A DNA stretch of 64,000 nucleotides. It comes from a virus. Location of the stretch: IMG/VR virus record IMGVR_UViG_3300020159_001521, positions 49,681 through 113,680 of that record. One strand, written 5' to 3'. The notes beneath the pieces are model-generated. The model was given only the letters and a program-made list of their open reading frames with translations, was not told the DNA's origin and searched no databases. Below are positions 1 through 9,908 of this stretch, piece after piece; the first letter of the stretch is position 1, and the number at the start of each line of letters is the position of its first letter. The translations under genes and the position numbers were made by a program.

Positions 1-2
1 AT

Positions 3-530
3 GTAAAACGTAATAGAGTTCAAATAACTTTGGCAAATGAGGATGCTTATATACTTCAAACTTTTGCTAATTGTATAGGATATAAAGGTAAGATGTATAT
101 TGATCGAGAAAAGTATAGCAAGTTAATATTACCAAGTAAAAAGATGTGTGAAGATTTAACTAACTTAGGATGTACACCTAATAAATCTTTAACTTTACAG
201 TTCCCAACAGAGGTTCCAGAAGAGCTAATGCATCATTTCATTAGAGGATGTTTTGATGGTGATGGTCATATTAGTAAAGATAAAAAACTAGTAAATCCAT
301 ATTACCATATAAACATTACTTCTAGCGAAGATTTTATAAAATCATTAAGAGATAAGTTAATAGAGAATGGAATCGTTCCTGCTGGAACATATAAAAGATA
401 TAAGTACAAAGAAGTTAGTGCACATACAATGATGGTAAAAAGTAAATCTGCAAAAGTTTTTCTAGATTATCTATACAAAGATGCCACTATCTTTTTAACA
501 CGAAAACATAAACTGCATGGAGAAATGTGA
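3..530 (+). CDS. LAGLIDADG-family homing endonuclease (5'-truncated by window edge)
   Basis: Motif HFIRGCFDGDGH. The frame is open upstream of the TTG at 30 to the window start (VKRNRVQITLANED...). The stop overlaps the start of the polymerase gene. Confidence 0.85.
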   Translation, partial: VKRNRVQITLANEDAYILQTFANCIGYKGKMYIDREKYSKLILPSKKMCEDLTNLGCTPNKSLTLQFPTEVPEELMHHFIRGCFDGDGHISKDKKLVNPYYHINITSSEDFIKSLRDKLIENGIVPAGTYKRYKYKEVSAHTMMVKSKSAKVFLDYLYKDATIFLTRKHKLHGEM

Positions 531-2490
531 AAAGGTTATATGTTACGACATAGAAACAATGAAAGAGTTCTTTCTTGTTGTTGTCTACAATCCCCAGAAG
601 GATTCTTATTATGAGTTTAGAATAAACAGGTGGAGAAATGACCTCGATAAATTTATCAGATTCACAGAGCAGCACAGTGACTTCTATTGGGTGGGTTACA
701 ACAATCTCAGATTTGACAGCCAAGTGGTTGAATGGATCCTCAGGAATTATGAAGAGTGGCACATTCTATCTAAACTGGATATATGTGCCAGAATAGCTCA
801 GAAAGCTGCTGACATCATCCATGATGCAAATTATGATGTGTTTCCTGATTATAGAGAATCTGATCTCAGTCTTAAACAAATAGACCTTTTCAGAATACAC
901 CACTTCGATAATAAGAACAGAAGAGTGAGCCTAAAAAGACTTGAGTTTGAGATGGATCTTGAGAACATTGAAGAGATGCCTGTTCATCATAGCAAGGAGA
1001 ATCTAAATGGTGATGATATCAAAACTACAGTGGATTACTGTTATAATGATGTAGATGCCACTTATCAATTCTATCTTGTCACTATAGGTGAAACAGACCA
1101 TCCTCTATACAAAGGAAACAACCAAATAGAACTCAGGAAAGACATTGAGCAAGAATTTGATATTCCCTGTTTAAACTATTCAGACAGTAAGATTGGGGAT
1201 GAGATGATTAAGAAGTATTATTGTGAAGAGAAGGATATACAATATGCTGCTCTTCCCAAGAAAGGAACATTCTCTAAGGTGCCTGTAAAAAAGTGTATTG
1301 CTGATTATGTGACATTTCAAACAGATGAGCTAAAGCAGTTCCTTGATAAGATTAAGAAGATAACGCTAGAAATCCAGGATGATTTTAAAGAGGAGATACA
1401 TTTCTACGGTAATGCATATTCATTCATGAAAGGTGGATTACACACAGAAAACAAGCCTGAAGTGTTTGAAGCTGATGATGAATATGAAATAATAGATTGG
1501 GACGTATCGAGTTACTATCCTGCCATCATCATCAACAATGGTCGTTATCCAAGGCATTTGGGTAAAGAGTTTCTATCTGGATACAAACGTATGTTTGAGA
1601 AGAGATTGGAACTCAAGCCTTTAGCTAAGAAGGATAAGCGTATAAAAGGTATTGTAGGTGCTCTAAAGCTTGCTGTAAACTCTGTTTACGGTAAGAGCTC
1701 AGACATGCAAAACTGGATATATGATAGGCAATTGACAATGTTCACCACTATTACAGGTGAATTATCATTGATGATGCTTATTGAGGCTTATGAACTCAGG
1801 GGTATACATGTAATTAGTGCTAACACAGATGGTGTTACAATCATGATTAAGAAAGACTTGATCTCCACTATGCATGAAATTAATGAGTGGTGGATGAATC
1901 TGACAAAATATGAACTGGAACGCACTGATTATCAGAAGATTATATTTAGCACAGTTAATGACTACTTAGCAATTAAAACAGATGGAGAAATTAAGAAGAA
2001 GGGAGATTTCCTCACAGATTTTGAGCTTCATAAAAACAAGTCTGCTCGCATTGTGCCTATTGCTCTTGAGGCTTATTATGTACATAATGTTCCTATTGAT
2101 ACTACTATCTGCAATCATAGTAATATCTTTGATTTTTGTTTACGACAAAAGTCTAGCAAAGATTTTCACTACGAAGGTTGGAACAGAGCAAGAGGAGAAA
2201 AAACCATCTACAACAAGCTAATTAGGTATTATGTCAGTAATACAGGAGAGAAGCTTCTTAAGGTCAAGAACCCTGAATGTACAACAAATGCTGTTGATGT
2301 AGCACAAGTTGAGGCAGGTGAATGGGTTTGTACAGTTTGTAACTTCCTCAGTAAGAAAACAGATGTAGCTACAGCAGGAATTAACCATCAGTATTACATA
2401 GAGAAAGCTGAACGTATTATACATAAGATACAATATCAGGGTAAGAAACGTAAAGTGGTTGTAAATCCAAATCAACTAAGTCTGTTCTAA
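517..2490 (+). CDS. polB: Family B DNA polymerase
   Basis: N-terminal exonuclease motifs (YDIE, GYNNLRFD, YCYNDV) and polymerase motifs DWDVSSYYP, KLAVNSVYGK, ANTDG. Confidence 0.93.
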   Translation: MEKCEKVICYDIETMKEFFLVVVYNPQKDSYYEFRINRWRNDLDKFIRFTEQHSDFYWVGYNNLRFDSQVVEWILRNYEEWHILSKLDICARIAQKAADIIHDANYDVFPDYRESDLSLKQIDLFRIHHFDNKNRRVSLKRLEFEMDLENIEEMPVHHSKENLNGDDIKTTVDYCYNDVDATYQFYLVTIGETDHPLYKGNNQIELRKDIEQEFDIPCLNYSDSKIGDEMIKKYYCEEKDIQYAALPKKGTFSKVPVKKCIADYVTFQTDELKQFLDKIKKITLEIQDDFKEEIHFYGNAYSFMKGGLHTENKPEVFEADDEYEIIDWDVSSYYPAIIINNGRYPRHLGKEFLSGYKRMFEKRLELKPLAKKDKRIKGIVGALKLAVNSVYGKSSDMQNWIYDRQLTMFTTITGELSLMMLIEAYELRGIHVISANTDGVTIMIKKDLISTMHEINEWWMNLTKYELERTDYQKIIFSTVNDYLAIKTDGEIKKKGDFLTDFELHKNKSARIVPIALEAYYVHNVPIDTTICNHSNIFDFCLRQKSSKDFHYEGWNRARGEKTIYNKLIRYYVSNTGEKLLKVKNPECTTNAVDVAQVEAGEWVCTVCNFLSKKTDVATAGINHQYYIEKAERIIHKIQYQGKKRKVVVNPNQLSLF

Positions 2491-2515
2491 CTTGTTATAA
2501 AAAGGACAAAATGCT

Positions 2516-2523
2516 TATATTTG
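2516..2523 (+). promoter_or_regulatory. Bacteroidota-type -7 promoter element TATATTTG
   Basis: Matches TAnnTTTG in the gap after polB, about 19 nt before the ATG at 2542. Confidence 0.65.
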
Positions 2524-2541
2524 TTCTTTATAATACAAGTT

Positions 2542-2850
2542 ATGGAAAAAGTAAACAGAAAGAACCTTACAGAACATTTAGTTAGATATCAACTGGAAAT
2601 GGTTGGTAGGACATGGGAAGATGCTCTTGCTGATGAGCAATGGTATTATAACATCACCATGACAAAAGAACAATTCGATGAGTTCATGGTGTATGCGCTT
2701 CCTCTAGTTAAGAAAATACTGAAATGTAACAAGTCACGAGCTGAAAAAACATTAGCGTGGTTCAATTTACAATTTGGACTACGTATATACCCATGTCCTT
2801 TTGAGCTTAATTCAAAACCAATAAATGATGTTGATAAGACGGACAGTTAG
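2542..2850 (+). CDS. hypothetical protein
   Basis: ORF in the operon; ATG at 2542 preferred over TTG at 2521. Confidence 0.7.
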   Translation: MEKVNRKNLTEHLVRYQLEMVGRTWEDALADEQWYYNITMTKEQFDEFMVYALPLVKKILKCNKSRAEKTLAWFNLQFGLRIYPCPFELNSKPINDVDKTDS

Positions 2851-3196
2851 AAAGATTAAGAATATTGTAAGATGGATCCCAATTCTCTGGCATGATGAGG
2901 ATTGGGATTATTTTTACATCTATAATCTACTTCAGAACAAGTTGTTACATGTTAAGAAGCACATAGTAGAACAGAACAGTCATTTAGACAGCAAACATGT
3001 AGCATCTAGAATTCAGACAGCTATCGACCTGATAGACAAGGTTAAAACGGAATATTACATAGATGATTTTATTGAAAAAAGGGAAATAGGAAGTCTTAGA
3101 GATGAAGAGCTAATGAAAGCCTTCAGAAAGCATGACAAAGCTAAGAAAGTGTTATTTCAATTTTTAAGTCACAATCTCCACCACTGGTGGGAGTAA
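2825..3196 (+). CDS. hypothetical phage protein (WIPILWHDEDWDY motif)
   Basis: ORF tightly packed in the operon. Confidence 0.7.
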   Translation: MMLIRRTVRKIKNIVRWIPILWHDEDWDYFYIYNLLQNKLLHVKKHIVEQNSHLDSKHVASRIQTAIDLIDKVKTEYYIDDFIEKREIGSLRDEELMKAFRKHDKAKKVLFQFLSHNLHHWWE

Positions 3197-3209
3197 AAAA
3201 ACAAATTTT

Positions 3210-3764
3210 ATGGGAGCAAGTTGGTTTAGGACTCAGTCCACAGGTAAAGACATTAAAGATGCTTACAACAAAGCTGTAGAGCGTGCTGATGATGAATATG
3301 GTCATCAAGAAGGATATAGCGGACAGATTAACTGTTCTTCAGGATTTAGAGATGTTACAAAGGAGTTTAAAGCTAGCAAGAAGAGCATGTCTCAGTTCAT
3401 GGATGAAGCTGCAGACAAGCTCAGTAAACATCAAGGAGCACAGGCTATTTGCATCGAGGAGCCTAAAGGTAATGACAACAAGGTGAAGAGTCAAGTGGAG
3501 CATGTTGTCACTCCTGGTACAAAGAAGTGGGTTCTTACATACATTGTCTATTGTGGAAGTGATAGGATTGCTAGTGCTTTAACAAAAGGAGATGCTGTTA
3601 AACGTGCTCGTGATTATTCAGAGAAGCACCAGTGCACCACTTGGATTAAAATGGAAAGAAGGCTTGAAAAAGACGCTCATGCTCTTGTAGCTAAAGTGAC
3701 ATATAAGAAATCATCTACAGAAAAAGAGGGTAAGTGGATATTCTTTGGTTGGGCTTCATATTAA
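3210..3764 (+). CDS. hypothetical phage protein
   Basis: 184-aa ORF with typical codon usage and an A-rich leader. Confidence 0.75.
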   Translation: MGASWFRTQSTGKDIKDAYNKAVERADDEYGHQEGYSGQINCSSGFRDVTKEFKASKKSMSQFMDEAADKLSKHQGAQAICIEEPKGNDNKVKSQVEHVVTPGTKKWVLTYIVYCGSDRIASALTKGDAVKRARDYSEKHQCTTWIKMERRLEKDAHALVAKVTYKKSSTEKEGKWIFFGWASY

Positions 3765-3775
3765 AAACTTTATCT

Positions 3776-4051
3776 ATGATTTTTGAAGATTTTGAGAGGG
3801 AGCATATCAAAGAAATGATATATTTGCAGGAGGAACAAGACATTATAGAAGCAGAAATTAAAGTGGTGACAAATGAATTTGAAGATAACGTTCAAGAAAT
3901 ACGAGAAATTAGTCCAGCGAGGATTTACGTTGGATATGATTTTCCTCCTGAAGCTAATTCAAGAGGATTTCGATGTGTGCCTTCTTTGCTCAGAAACTCC
4001 AAAACTATCTCTACTCTGTCAAACGATTCTCAGGAAACAGCTAATCACTGA
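3776..4051 (+). CDS. small acidic hypothetical protein overlapping the next gene
   Basis: ATG at 3776 follows an AT-rich leader and fills the gap after 3764; overlaps 3873..4499 by 179 nt. Confidence 0.45.
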   Translation: MIFEDFEREHIKEMIYLQEEQDIIEAEIKVVTNEFEDNVQEIREISPARIYVGYDFPPEANSRGFRCVPSLLRNSKTISTLSNDSQETANH

Positions 4052-4499
4052 GAATTACAAACTCACAATAGAAGGCAAGGAACTCCTTGCCTTTTTTGAC
4101 ACTCCTACAAGAGAAACTATTGTAAGGGTTAGACCTGCAGATGATTTGTTTGAAGCTTGGTGGAAACTCTATCCAGGCACTGACACATTCACACATGCTG
4201 GTGTAAGCTTTACAGGCTCTAGAGGACTAAGAGTGTACAAAGAGGAATGTAAGATTAAGTTTGACAAAATCCTTGGAGAAGGAGAACATACAGCTAATGA
4301 TTTAATAGAAGCTTTGAATTTTGATGTACTGCAGAAGAAAGAGAACTCTGTCAAATTGAAGACAAATAAGATGACATATATGCAGAACTCTCTAACCTAT
4401 CTGAACCAACGTACATTTGAACCATTTATAGAATTAATTAAAGAAGGAGTTAAGATTGAACAACAATCTAGCGCTCCTTCAGGAGGTGTAGACATATGA
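3873..4499 (+). CDS. putative replication initiator / helicase-loader-like protein
   Basis: FEAWWKLYP and TYLNQ motifs typical of phage replisome-organiser proteins; ATGA overlap with the helicase gene. Confidence 0.55.
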   Translation: MNLKITFKKYEKLVQRGFTLDMIFLLKLIQEDFDVCLLCSETPKLSLLCQTILRKQLITENYKLTIEGKELLAFFDTPTRETIVRVRPADDLFEAWWKLYPGTDTFTHAGVSFTGSRGLRVYKEECKIKFDKILGEGEHTANDLIEALNFDVLQKKENSVKLKTNKMTYMQNSLTYLNQRTFEPFIELIKEGVKIEQQSSAPSGGVDI

Positions 4500-5557
4500 G
4501 TTTTGAACAACTGAGAGCTGAAGTGGAAGCTGGTCTTATTGAAGGGAACAATGGCATACCTATGGGATTTAATAGACTGAATAAATACATTGGTATCAGG
4601 AAGTCTATGTATTTTCTTGTGGGTGGTTTAACAGGCTCAGGTAAAACATCGTTTATTGATGATGCGTTTGTACTCAATCCTTTTGATTGGTATGTTACGC
4701 AGAAAGACCCAAAGGTTAAACTGAAGATTATATATCGTTCTATGGAGCGTAGTAGGACGTATAAGCTTGCCAAATGGGTAAGTAGAAAAATCTTCCTTGA
4801 CCATGGATATGTAATTCCTGTAAGCAAGCTATTGGGCTGGACAGAGAAAATGACAAGTGATGAACATGATATGTTCCTTATGTATGAAGATTACATAAAT
4901 AGAATGAATGATGTAATTACAATCATTGATGGCCCAGAGAATGCTGTAGGTATAGCCAAGGAATTACGAGCACATGCATTAAATAATGGGCGTATTGAGC
5001 AGATTGATGAATTTAATAAGCGCTACATTCCTAACAATGAGAATGAGGTGACAATTGTAATCATCGATCACATTGGTTTATTGAAGACAACAAAAGACCA
5101 ATCTACTAAAAAGGAAGCTATTGACAAGATGAGTGATGAACTCAGGTTTGCCAGAGATTTCTACGGGTACACTCCAGTGGTTGTTAGTCAGTTTAACAGA
5201 TCCATATCTAACATTGTGAGACTTAAGAATGGTGATGTAGAGCCTCAATTGGAAGATTTTGCAGAATCATCCAGCACACAAAATGATGCTGATGTTGTTC
5301 TTGCATTATTTGACCCTATGAGGTATAAGGTGGCAGACACTTCTGGATATGAACTAGAAAGACTTAGAGATCAATTTGGTGCTAAGTATTTTAGGAGCTT
5401 GAGGCTTATTAAGAATTCCTATGGAGAAGATGATGTAAGGCTAGGTCTTGCGTTCTTTGGTTCTATAGGAATGTTCAAAGAGCTTCCTAAAAGGAAGGAT
5501 ATGACAGATGCGATTTATGATTCGATTTTACAAAAGTCTTTTTTCTTAAACAAGTGA
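4496..5557 (+). CDS. DnaB-like replicative helicase
   Basis: Walker A GLTGSGKT, IIDHIGL Walker B, SQFNR, QNDADVV, IKN motifs. Confidence 0.88.
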   Translation: MSFEQLRAEVEAGLIEGNNGIPMGFNRLNKYIGIRKSMYFLVGGLTGSGKTSFIDDAFVLNPFDWYVTQKDPKVKLKIIYRSMERSRTYKLAKWVSRKIFLDHGYVIPVSKLLGWTEKMTSDEHDMFLMYEDYINRMNDVITIIDGPENAVGIAKELRAHALNNGRIEQIDEFNKRYIPNNENEVTIVIIDHIGLLKTTKDQSTKKEAIDKMSDELRFARDFYGYTPVVVSQFNRSISNIVRLKNGDVEPQLEDFAESSSTQNDADVVLALFDPMRYKVADTSGYELERLRDQFGAKYFRSLRLIKNSYGEDDVRLGLAFFGSIGMFKELPKRKDMTDAIYDSILQKSFFLNK

Positions 5558-5558
5558 C

Positions 5559-5747
5559 ATGAAAATTAAACTACTAACAACAAACACACTACCCAGCAAT
5601 AGAGACAAGTTTTGGCAATTTGTAACAGTTCCTACAATAAGTGTATATAGGAGTTTCTGTAAAGAGAATCCATATACATCATTTATGTTTGAGCTGTTCT
5701 TTTGGTCATTTGTTGTCCTCATTAGCAAAAACAACGGTGATGACTAA
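5559..5747 (+). CDS. small hypothetical protein
   Basis: Starts 1 nt after the helicase stop. Confidence 0.5.
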   Translation: MKIKLLTTNTLPSNRDKFWQFVTVPTISVYRSFCKENPYTSFMFELFFWSFVVLISKNNGDD

Positions 5748-5988
5748 AAGCGAGTATATACACAGGAGAATAAACAATGACATAAACATTGTCTACGAGT
5801 ATTATTTGGAAAAGTTTGATAAGAACAGACATAAAGGGAACATATTAGGAATACAGGAATTCTTCATATATCTAAATATGTGGGGAGATATAAATCAGAT
5901 ATTTGAACGCATAAGGTCACATTACGACCAGAAGTTTAGTATTGTAATACTGTCTGATAAGAATAACAACATATTAGGATATTTATGA
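5740..5988 (+). CDS. hypothetical protein
   Basis: ATG at 5740 overlaps the previous stop; ATGA overlap with the next gene. Confidence 0.6.
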   Translation: MTKSEYIHRRINNDINIVYEYYLEKFDKNRHKGNILGIQEFFIYLNMWGDINQIFERIRSHYDQKFSIVILSDKNNNILGYL

Positions 5989-7064
5989 CACTAAGAGATA
6001 AAAGACAAGCTGAGTTTGCCAAACAATGGATTGATAAAGGTAAGTTTGGTATTCTCAATCTGTGTCCAAGGTTTGGTAAGATTCGCACTACAATTAACAT
6101 CCTGAAGAAATATCGCAAACATGCTACAGTGTTGATAGCCTATCCAGATAACAAGATTAAAGACTCCTGGATAGCAGACTTTGAGACTATGGGATATAAC
6201 AATCCTAACATCACATACACAACACATCTGTCTATAAAGAAGTATACAGACTACCAGTTTGATCTTGTTGTTATTGATGAGATACATTTGTTATCAGAAG
6301 CTCAAATAGAAACTTGTAAGTTACTACTTGAGAGTAATAGGCAAGTGTTAGGATTGACAGGAACACTCTCTAGATCTACAGAATCTACATTGTACAATGA
6401 GCTCGATATGAAAGTGATGGCTTCCTATCCCATCGAGACAGCGATTAAAGAAGGTGTAATTGTTGATTATGAAATCACTGTTGTAAAGGTGCCTCTAGAC
6501 AATGTTGTAGTTAATGACTACAAGGGTAAGAAAAGAACAGAGAAGAAACAGTTTGACAGTTACGGATGGGTGATAGATCAATTGGAAAGACAGGGTAAGA
6601 GCACAATGTTCTTACGTCTGGCAAGAATGAGAATCATCCAGAACAGTCTTGCTAAATTAGAACGCACAAAGAGAATATTAGAAAACTTCAAGCATGAACG
6701 TATTCTTGTATTCTGTGGTGTAACTAAAATAGCTGACTCTTTAGGAATTTCTTCCTATCATAGTAAGTCAGGTGAGAAACAAATGTTTACAGACTTTGCA
6801 TCAGGAGAAGGTAATCATATGGCTGTAGTGAAGATTGGTAACACGGGTGTTACGTATAAACCACTTAACAAAGTGATTATCAATTATTTTGACAGTAATG
6901 GTGAAAACCTTGCTCAGAAGATTAACAGATGTATGGCAATGGAGTATGATAATCCAGACAAGAAAGCAAACATTTACATCATTAGTAGTGATGAGGATGT
7001 AGAACTCAGATGGCTTAAAAAAGCATTAGAATTCTTTGATAAATCCAAAATTAAGTATATTTAA
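5985..7064 (+). CDS. superfamily 2 (DExH) helicase-like protein
   Basis: Degenerate motif I (PRFGKI), DEIH, GLTGT, QKINR motif VI. Confidence 0.8.
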   Translation: MTLRDKRQAEFAKQWIDKGKFGILNLCPRFGKIRTTINILKKYRKHATVLIAYPDNKIKDSWIADFETMGYNNPNITYTTHLSIKKYTDYQFDLVVIDEIHLLSEAQIETCKLLLESNRQVLGLTGTLSRSTESTLYNELDMKVMASYPIETAIKEGVIVDYEITVVKVPLDNVVVNDYKGKKRTEKKQFDSYGWVIDQLERQGKSTMFLRLARMRIIQNSLAKLERTKRILENFKHERILVFCGVTKIADSLGISSYHSKSGEKQMFTDFASGEGNHMAVVKIGNTGVTYKPLNKVIINYFDSNGENLAQKINRCMAMEYDNPDKKANIYIISSDEDVELRWLKKALEFFDKSKIKYI

Positions 7065-7114
7065 TTCAAAGAATTCTTCGTATCTTTATACACTAACTAA
7101 ATCAATATTTGAAC

Positions 7115-7786
7115 ATGGCAAGCAAATTAATCGGGATTGTTGGTGCTACAGGAACTGGTAAATCAACCAGTGTTAAGCACTTAGATCCAAAAGAAACCTA
7201 CATCATCAATGTAGCTAAGAAGGAACTCCCTTTCAAAGGCTCAGAGAAGTTGTATAACGCAGAAAACAGAAACTACAAGGAAGTGGATGATGCAAATGAA
7301 ATCACCAGGCTCCTTAAGACAATTTCAGAAAAAGCTCCTCACATCAAGAACATCATTATCGAGGACAGTAATTACATTATGGGCTTTAACATTGTATCTA
7401 AAGCTACAGAGGTGGGTTACACAAAGTTTAGCTTAATGGCTAAAGATATGGTGGAACTTATGAGAGAAGCTCGTAAACTCCGTGATGACATAAAAGTGTT
7501 CTATTTCTCACATCCTGAAACTATTGAAGATGGTGGTGATATCATAGGATATAAAATTAAGACAGCTGGTAAGTTAATTGACAATCAAGTGTTGTTGGAA
7601 GGACTGTTGACAGTGTGTTTATACACATATGTTGAAGAAAACAAAGATGGTTCTACAAGCTACAGTTTTGTGACTAACAGGTTCAAGAAGTTTCCTGCAA
7701 AGAGTCCAGATGGTATGTTTGATGAAATCAAGATTCCAAACGACCTGAGTTATGTATGTAAAAAGTTAGACGAATATTATAATTAA
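7115..7786 (+). CDS. P-loop AAA ATPase (Sak4/AAA_24-like)
   Basis: GATGTGKST Walker A, IIIED Walker B, AKSPDGMF C-terminal motif. Confidence 0.8.
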   Translation: MASKLIGIVGATGTGKSTSVKHLDPKETYIINVAKKELPFKGSEKLYNAENRNYKEVDDANEITRLLKTISEKAPHIKNIIIEDSNYIMGFNIVSKATEVGYTKFSLMAKDMVELMREARKLRDDIKVFYFSHPETIEDGGDIIGYKIKTAGKLIDNQVLLEGLLTVCLYTYVEENKDGSTSYSFVTNRFKKFPAKSPDGMFDEIKIPNDLSYVCKKLDEYYN

Positions 7787-7805
7787 TAATTAAAACAAGA
7801 AAACA

Positions 7806-8675
7806 ATGAGTAACATTGGCGGTAAAAAACGTGAAAGCGTACAACAGACAGATTATGCAAAGAAGGTGGGATTGTTTGAGGCTAAAGTGATAGCCATCAA
7901 TCCTGATGCTGAAGAGTACAAAGAGACACTTGGTGTTGAACTTAAAGAAGACAGCAAGGCGCTTGAGTATCTTGGTGAAAGCAGAGATGGTAACAAAACT
8001 TTGAGAGTTGACTTCTGGTTAGAAGAATCTAAGAAGAAGGATAAGTTTAAAGTGACATTCTTCCTTGAGAACAAAGAGAAGGTTAATAAGGACGGTACAA
8101 AGAAACAATACATTAACAATGTAGGAACTTGTTCTTGGGCTTCTGATGCTAATGACCTTCCTGAATGGTTTGCTAAGAGGGAATATCGTGTAGCATTCGT
8201 AGGAGAAGATGAGCTGTATACATTCTTACAAACATGGTTGGGTAATCTTGACTATCGTGATGTAGAAACAACATTACAACTTGACTGGAAATCTCTTATG
8301 AAGGGAAATCTTAAAGACATCAAATCTCAGATTGATGGAGAATATTCTGTAAACATACTTGCTCTTGCCACTGTTAAAAGTGTAGAGAAAGATGGTGAAT
8401 TCAAAGAGTATCAGGGTGTTTACAATAAAGCATTCCTTCCTGCATATGAAATTAAGCAGTTTAGGCTTGTAGATTATTCGAAGTCTGATGTTATTACATC
8501 ACTTAGGAACAAGAAGAGCAAAGATCTCAAACGTTATGAGAGGTTTGTTCTCAATGTTACAGGTGAATATGGTTGTAAAGATTTCTATGTTCTGAAGGAC
8601 TTGAAAGAATACAGTGCAGAGGATAACATTGTTTCTTCTGATGCTGTTATTTCTGATGAGGATGCCTCCTACTAG
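7806..8675 (+). CDS. putative single-stranded DNA-binding protein
   Basis: Lies between the Sak4-like ATPase and the primase; acidic aromatic-ending tail (SDEDASY). Function inferred from context. Confidence 0.45.
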   Translation: MSNIGGKKRESVQQTDYAKKVGLFEAKVIAINPDAEEYKETLGVELKEDSKALEYLGESRDGNKTLRVDFWLEESKKKDKFKVTFFLENKEKVNKDGTKKQYINNVGTCSWASDANDLPEWFAKREYRVAFVGEDELYTFLQTWLGNLDYRDVETTLQLDWKSLMKGNLKDIKSQIDGEYSVNILALATVKSVEKDGEFKEYQGVYNKAFLPAYEIKQFRLVDYSKSDVITSLRNKKSKDLKRYERFVLNVTGEYGCKDFYVLKDLKEYSAEDNIVSSDAVISDEDASY

Positions 8676-8694
8676 ATATTAAGACATGGTGTAT

Positions 8695-8729
8695 AAAAAC
8701 CCCTGTTTGAAATATAGCAGGGGTTTTTT
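8695..8729 (+). terminator. intrinsic terminator
   Basis: AAAAACCCCTG...CAGGGGTTTTTT hairpin with T-run. Confidence 0.8.
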
Positions 8730-8736
8730 ATATTTG
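8729..8736 (+). promoter_or_regulatory. -7 promoter element TATATTTG
   Basis: TAnnTTTG directly after the terminator T-run, 7 nt before the primase ATG. Confidence 0.6.
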
Positions 8737-8743
8737 TAACTCT

Positions 8744-9748
8744 ATGATACAAGGTAAAATCAAGACAACTCTAACTCCTGATGCTATACTGAACAAGATT
8801 AGTGACTATGACATATTCATGTATTACATGCCTGATAAATCATGGAAACTAAATCAAGTGACACTATCTCCCTTTAGAAAGGAGCGCAATCCTTCCTTCT
8901 TAATTGGAACAAGAAAAGGGTATATATCTTTTATAGATTTTGCAGATACAAGCTTACGTGGTGATTGTTTTACGTTTGTAAAACTTCTCTATGGCTATGC
9001 CAAACTGGATGATGTTCTTAGGCTTATTGATAAAGACTTTGATCTTGGTATTACAACAGGAACAAGTTCAGACAAGCATAAAGAAATAACATCACAGTAT
9101 AAGCAACCAGAGGTTGTTAAACGTAACTCTCTTATTCAGGTGGTTACAAGAAAGTTCACAAATAGAGAACTTGAATATTGGAACGAATATCATCAATCTG
9201 TAGATGATTTGAGAGAGAATAACATTTATGCAATCAAGAAGGTGTATTTGAACAAGAGCTTGTTCTATATGAAGGAAGAGGAGCTAGTATTTGGTTATTT
9301 ATACGAAGGAGGACATTGGAAGATATATAGACCATTTGCAGATAAGAAAAGCAAATGGGTGCCTAACTATGTTCCTATTACAGCAATGGACGGTAAAGAT
9401 GATATTAAGTATTGTAAAATGGCTTTCATCAACAAGAGTAAGAAAGACTACATGGTGATGAAAAAAGTGTTTCCAAATAGCTGTGCTGTGCAAAACGAAG
9501 GACTTGGATGTTTCTCTACAGAGAATGTGGAATACATGAAAAGATATTCCGACATACAAATTCTAAGTTTTGATAGTGACATCACTGGTGTTACAAATTC
9601 ACAACAGATAACAAAGCTATTTGATTTTGGCTATTGCAATGTGCCCAAAAAATACCTCAAAGAAGGAATTAAAGACTGGGCTGATTTAGGGAAAGTTCAT
9701 GGACTAAACGCTATCGAAGACTATTTAAAGCAAAAAGAATTGTTATGA
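8744..9748 (+). CDS. DNA primase-like protein (crAss-type)
   Basis: N-terminal SPFRKERNPSF...DF...GDCF degenerate Zn-finger region, TOPRIM-like FDSDITG, C-terminal KDWADL. Confidence 0.75.
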   Translation: MIQGKIKTTLTPDAILNKISDYDIFMYYMPDKSWKLNQVTLSPFRKERNPSFLIGTRKGYISFIDFADTSLRGDCFTFVKLLYGYAKLDDVLRLIDKDFDLGITTGTSSDKHKEITSQYKQPEVVKRNSLIQVVTRKFTNRELEYWNEYHQSVDDLRENNIYAIKKVYLNKSLFYMKEEELVFGYLYEGGHWKIYRPFADKKSKWVPNYVPITAMDGKDDIKYCKMAFINKSKKDYMVMKKVFPNSCAVQNEGLGCFSTENVEYMKRYSDIQILSFDSDITGVTNSQQITKLFDFGYCNVPKKYLKEGIKDWADLGKVHGLNAIEDYLKQKELL

Positions 9749-9903
9749 CTTTTGATGAACTAAAAGAATCCATTCAAGAAGAAATAGAATGGTTAGAAAC
9801 AACTGACAGAGATGTAATACAATGTATTAGTATAGAAAATCTGGAAGCTATATTATCAGTGTATTTCAACACAGAAATTAAATTAACAAAAGAAGAAAAC
9901 TAA
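9745..9903 (+). CDS. small hypothetical protein (52 aa, below the ORF-track cutoff)
   Basis: MTFDELKESIQEEIEW...; ATGA overlap with the primase stop. Confidence 0.6.
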   Translation: MTFDELKESIQEEIEWLETTDRDVIQCISIENLEAILSVYFNTEIKLTKEEN

Positions 9904-9908
9904 TTATT

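Noticed and set aside
3-530. LAGLIDADG ORF as an intein of the polymerase
   Set aside because: It has its own stop, is in a different frame from polB and lacks a C-terminal HN/C-S-T splice junction. Intron context cannot be judged because the 5' side is outside the window.
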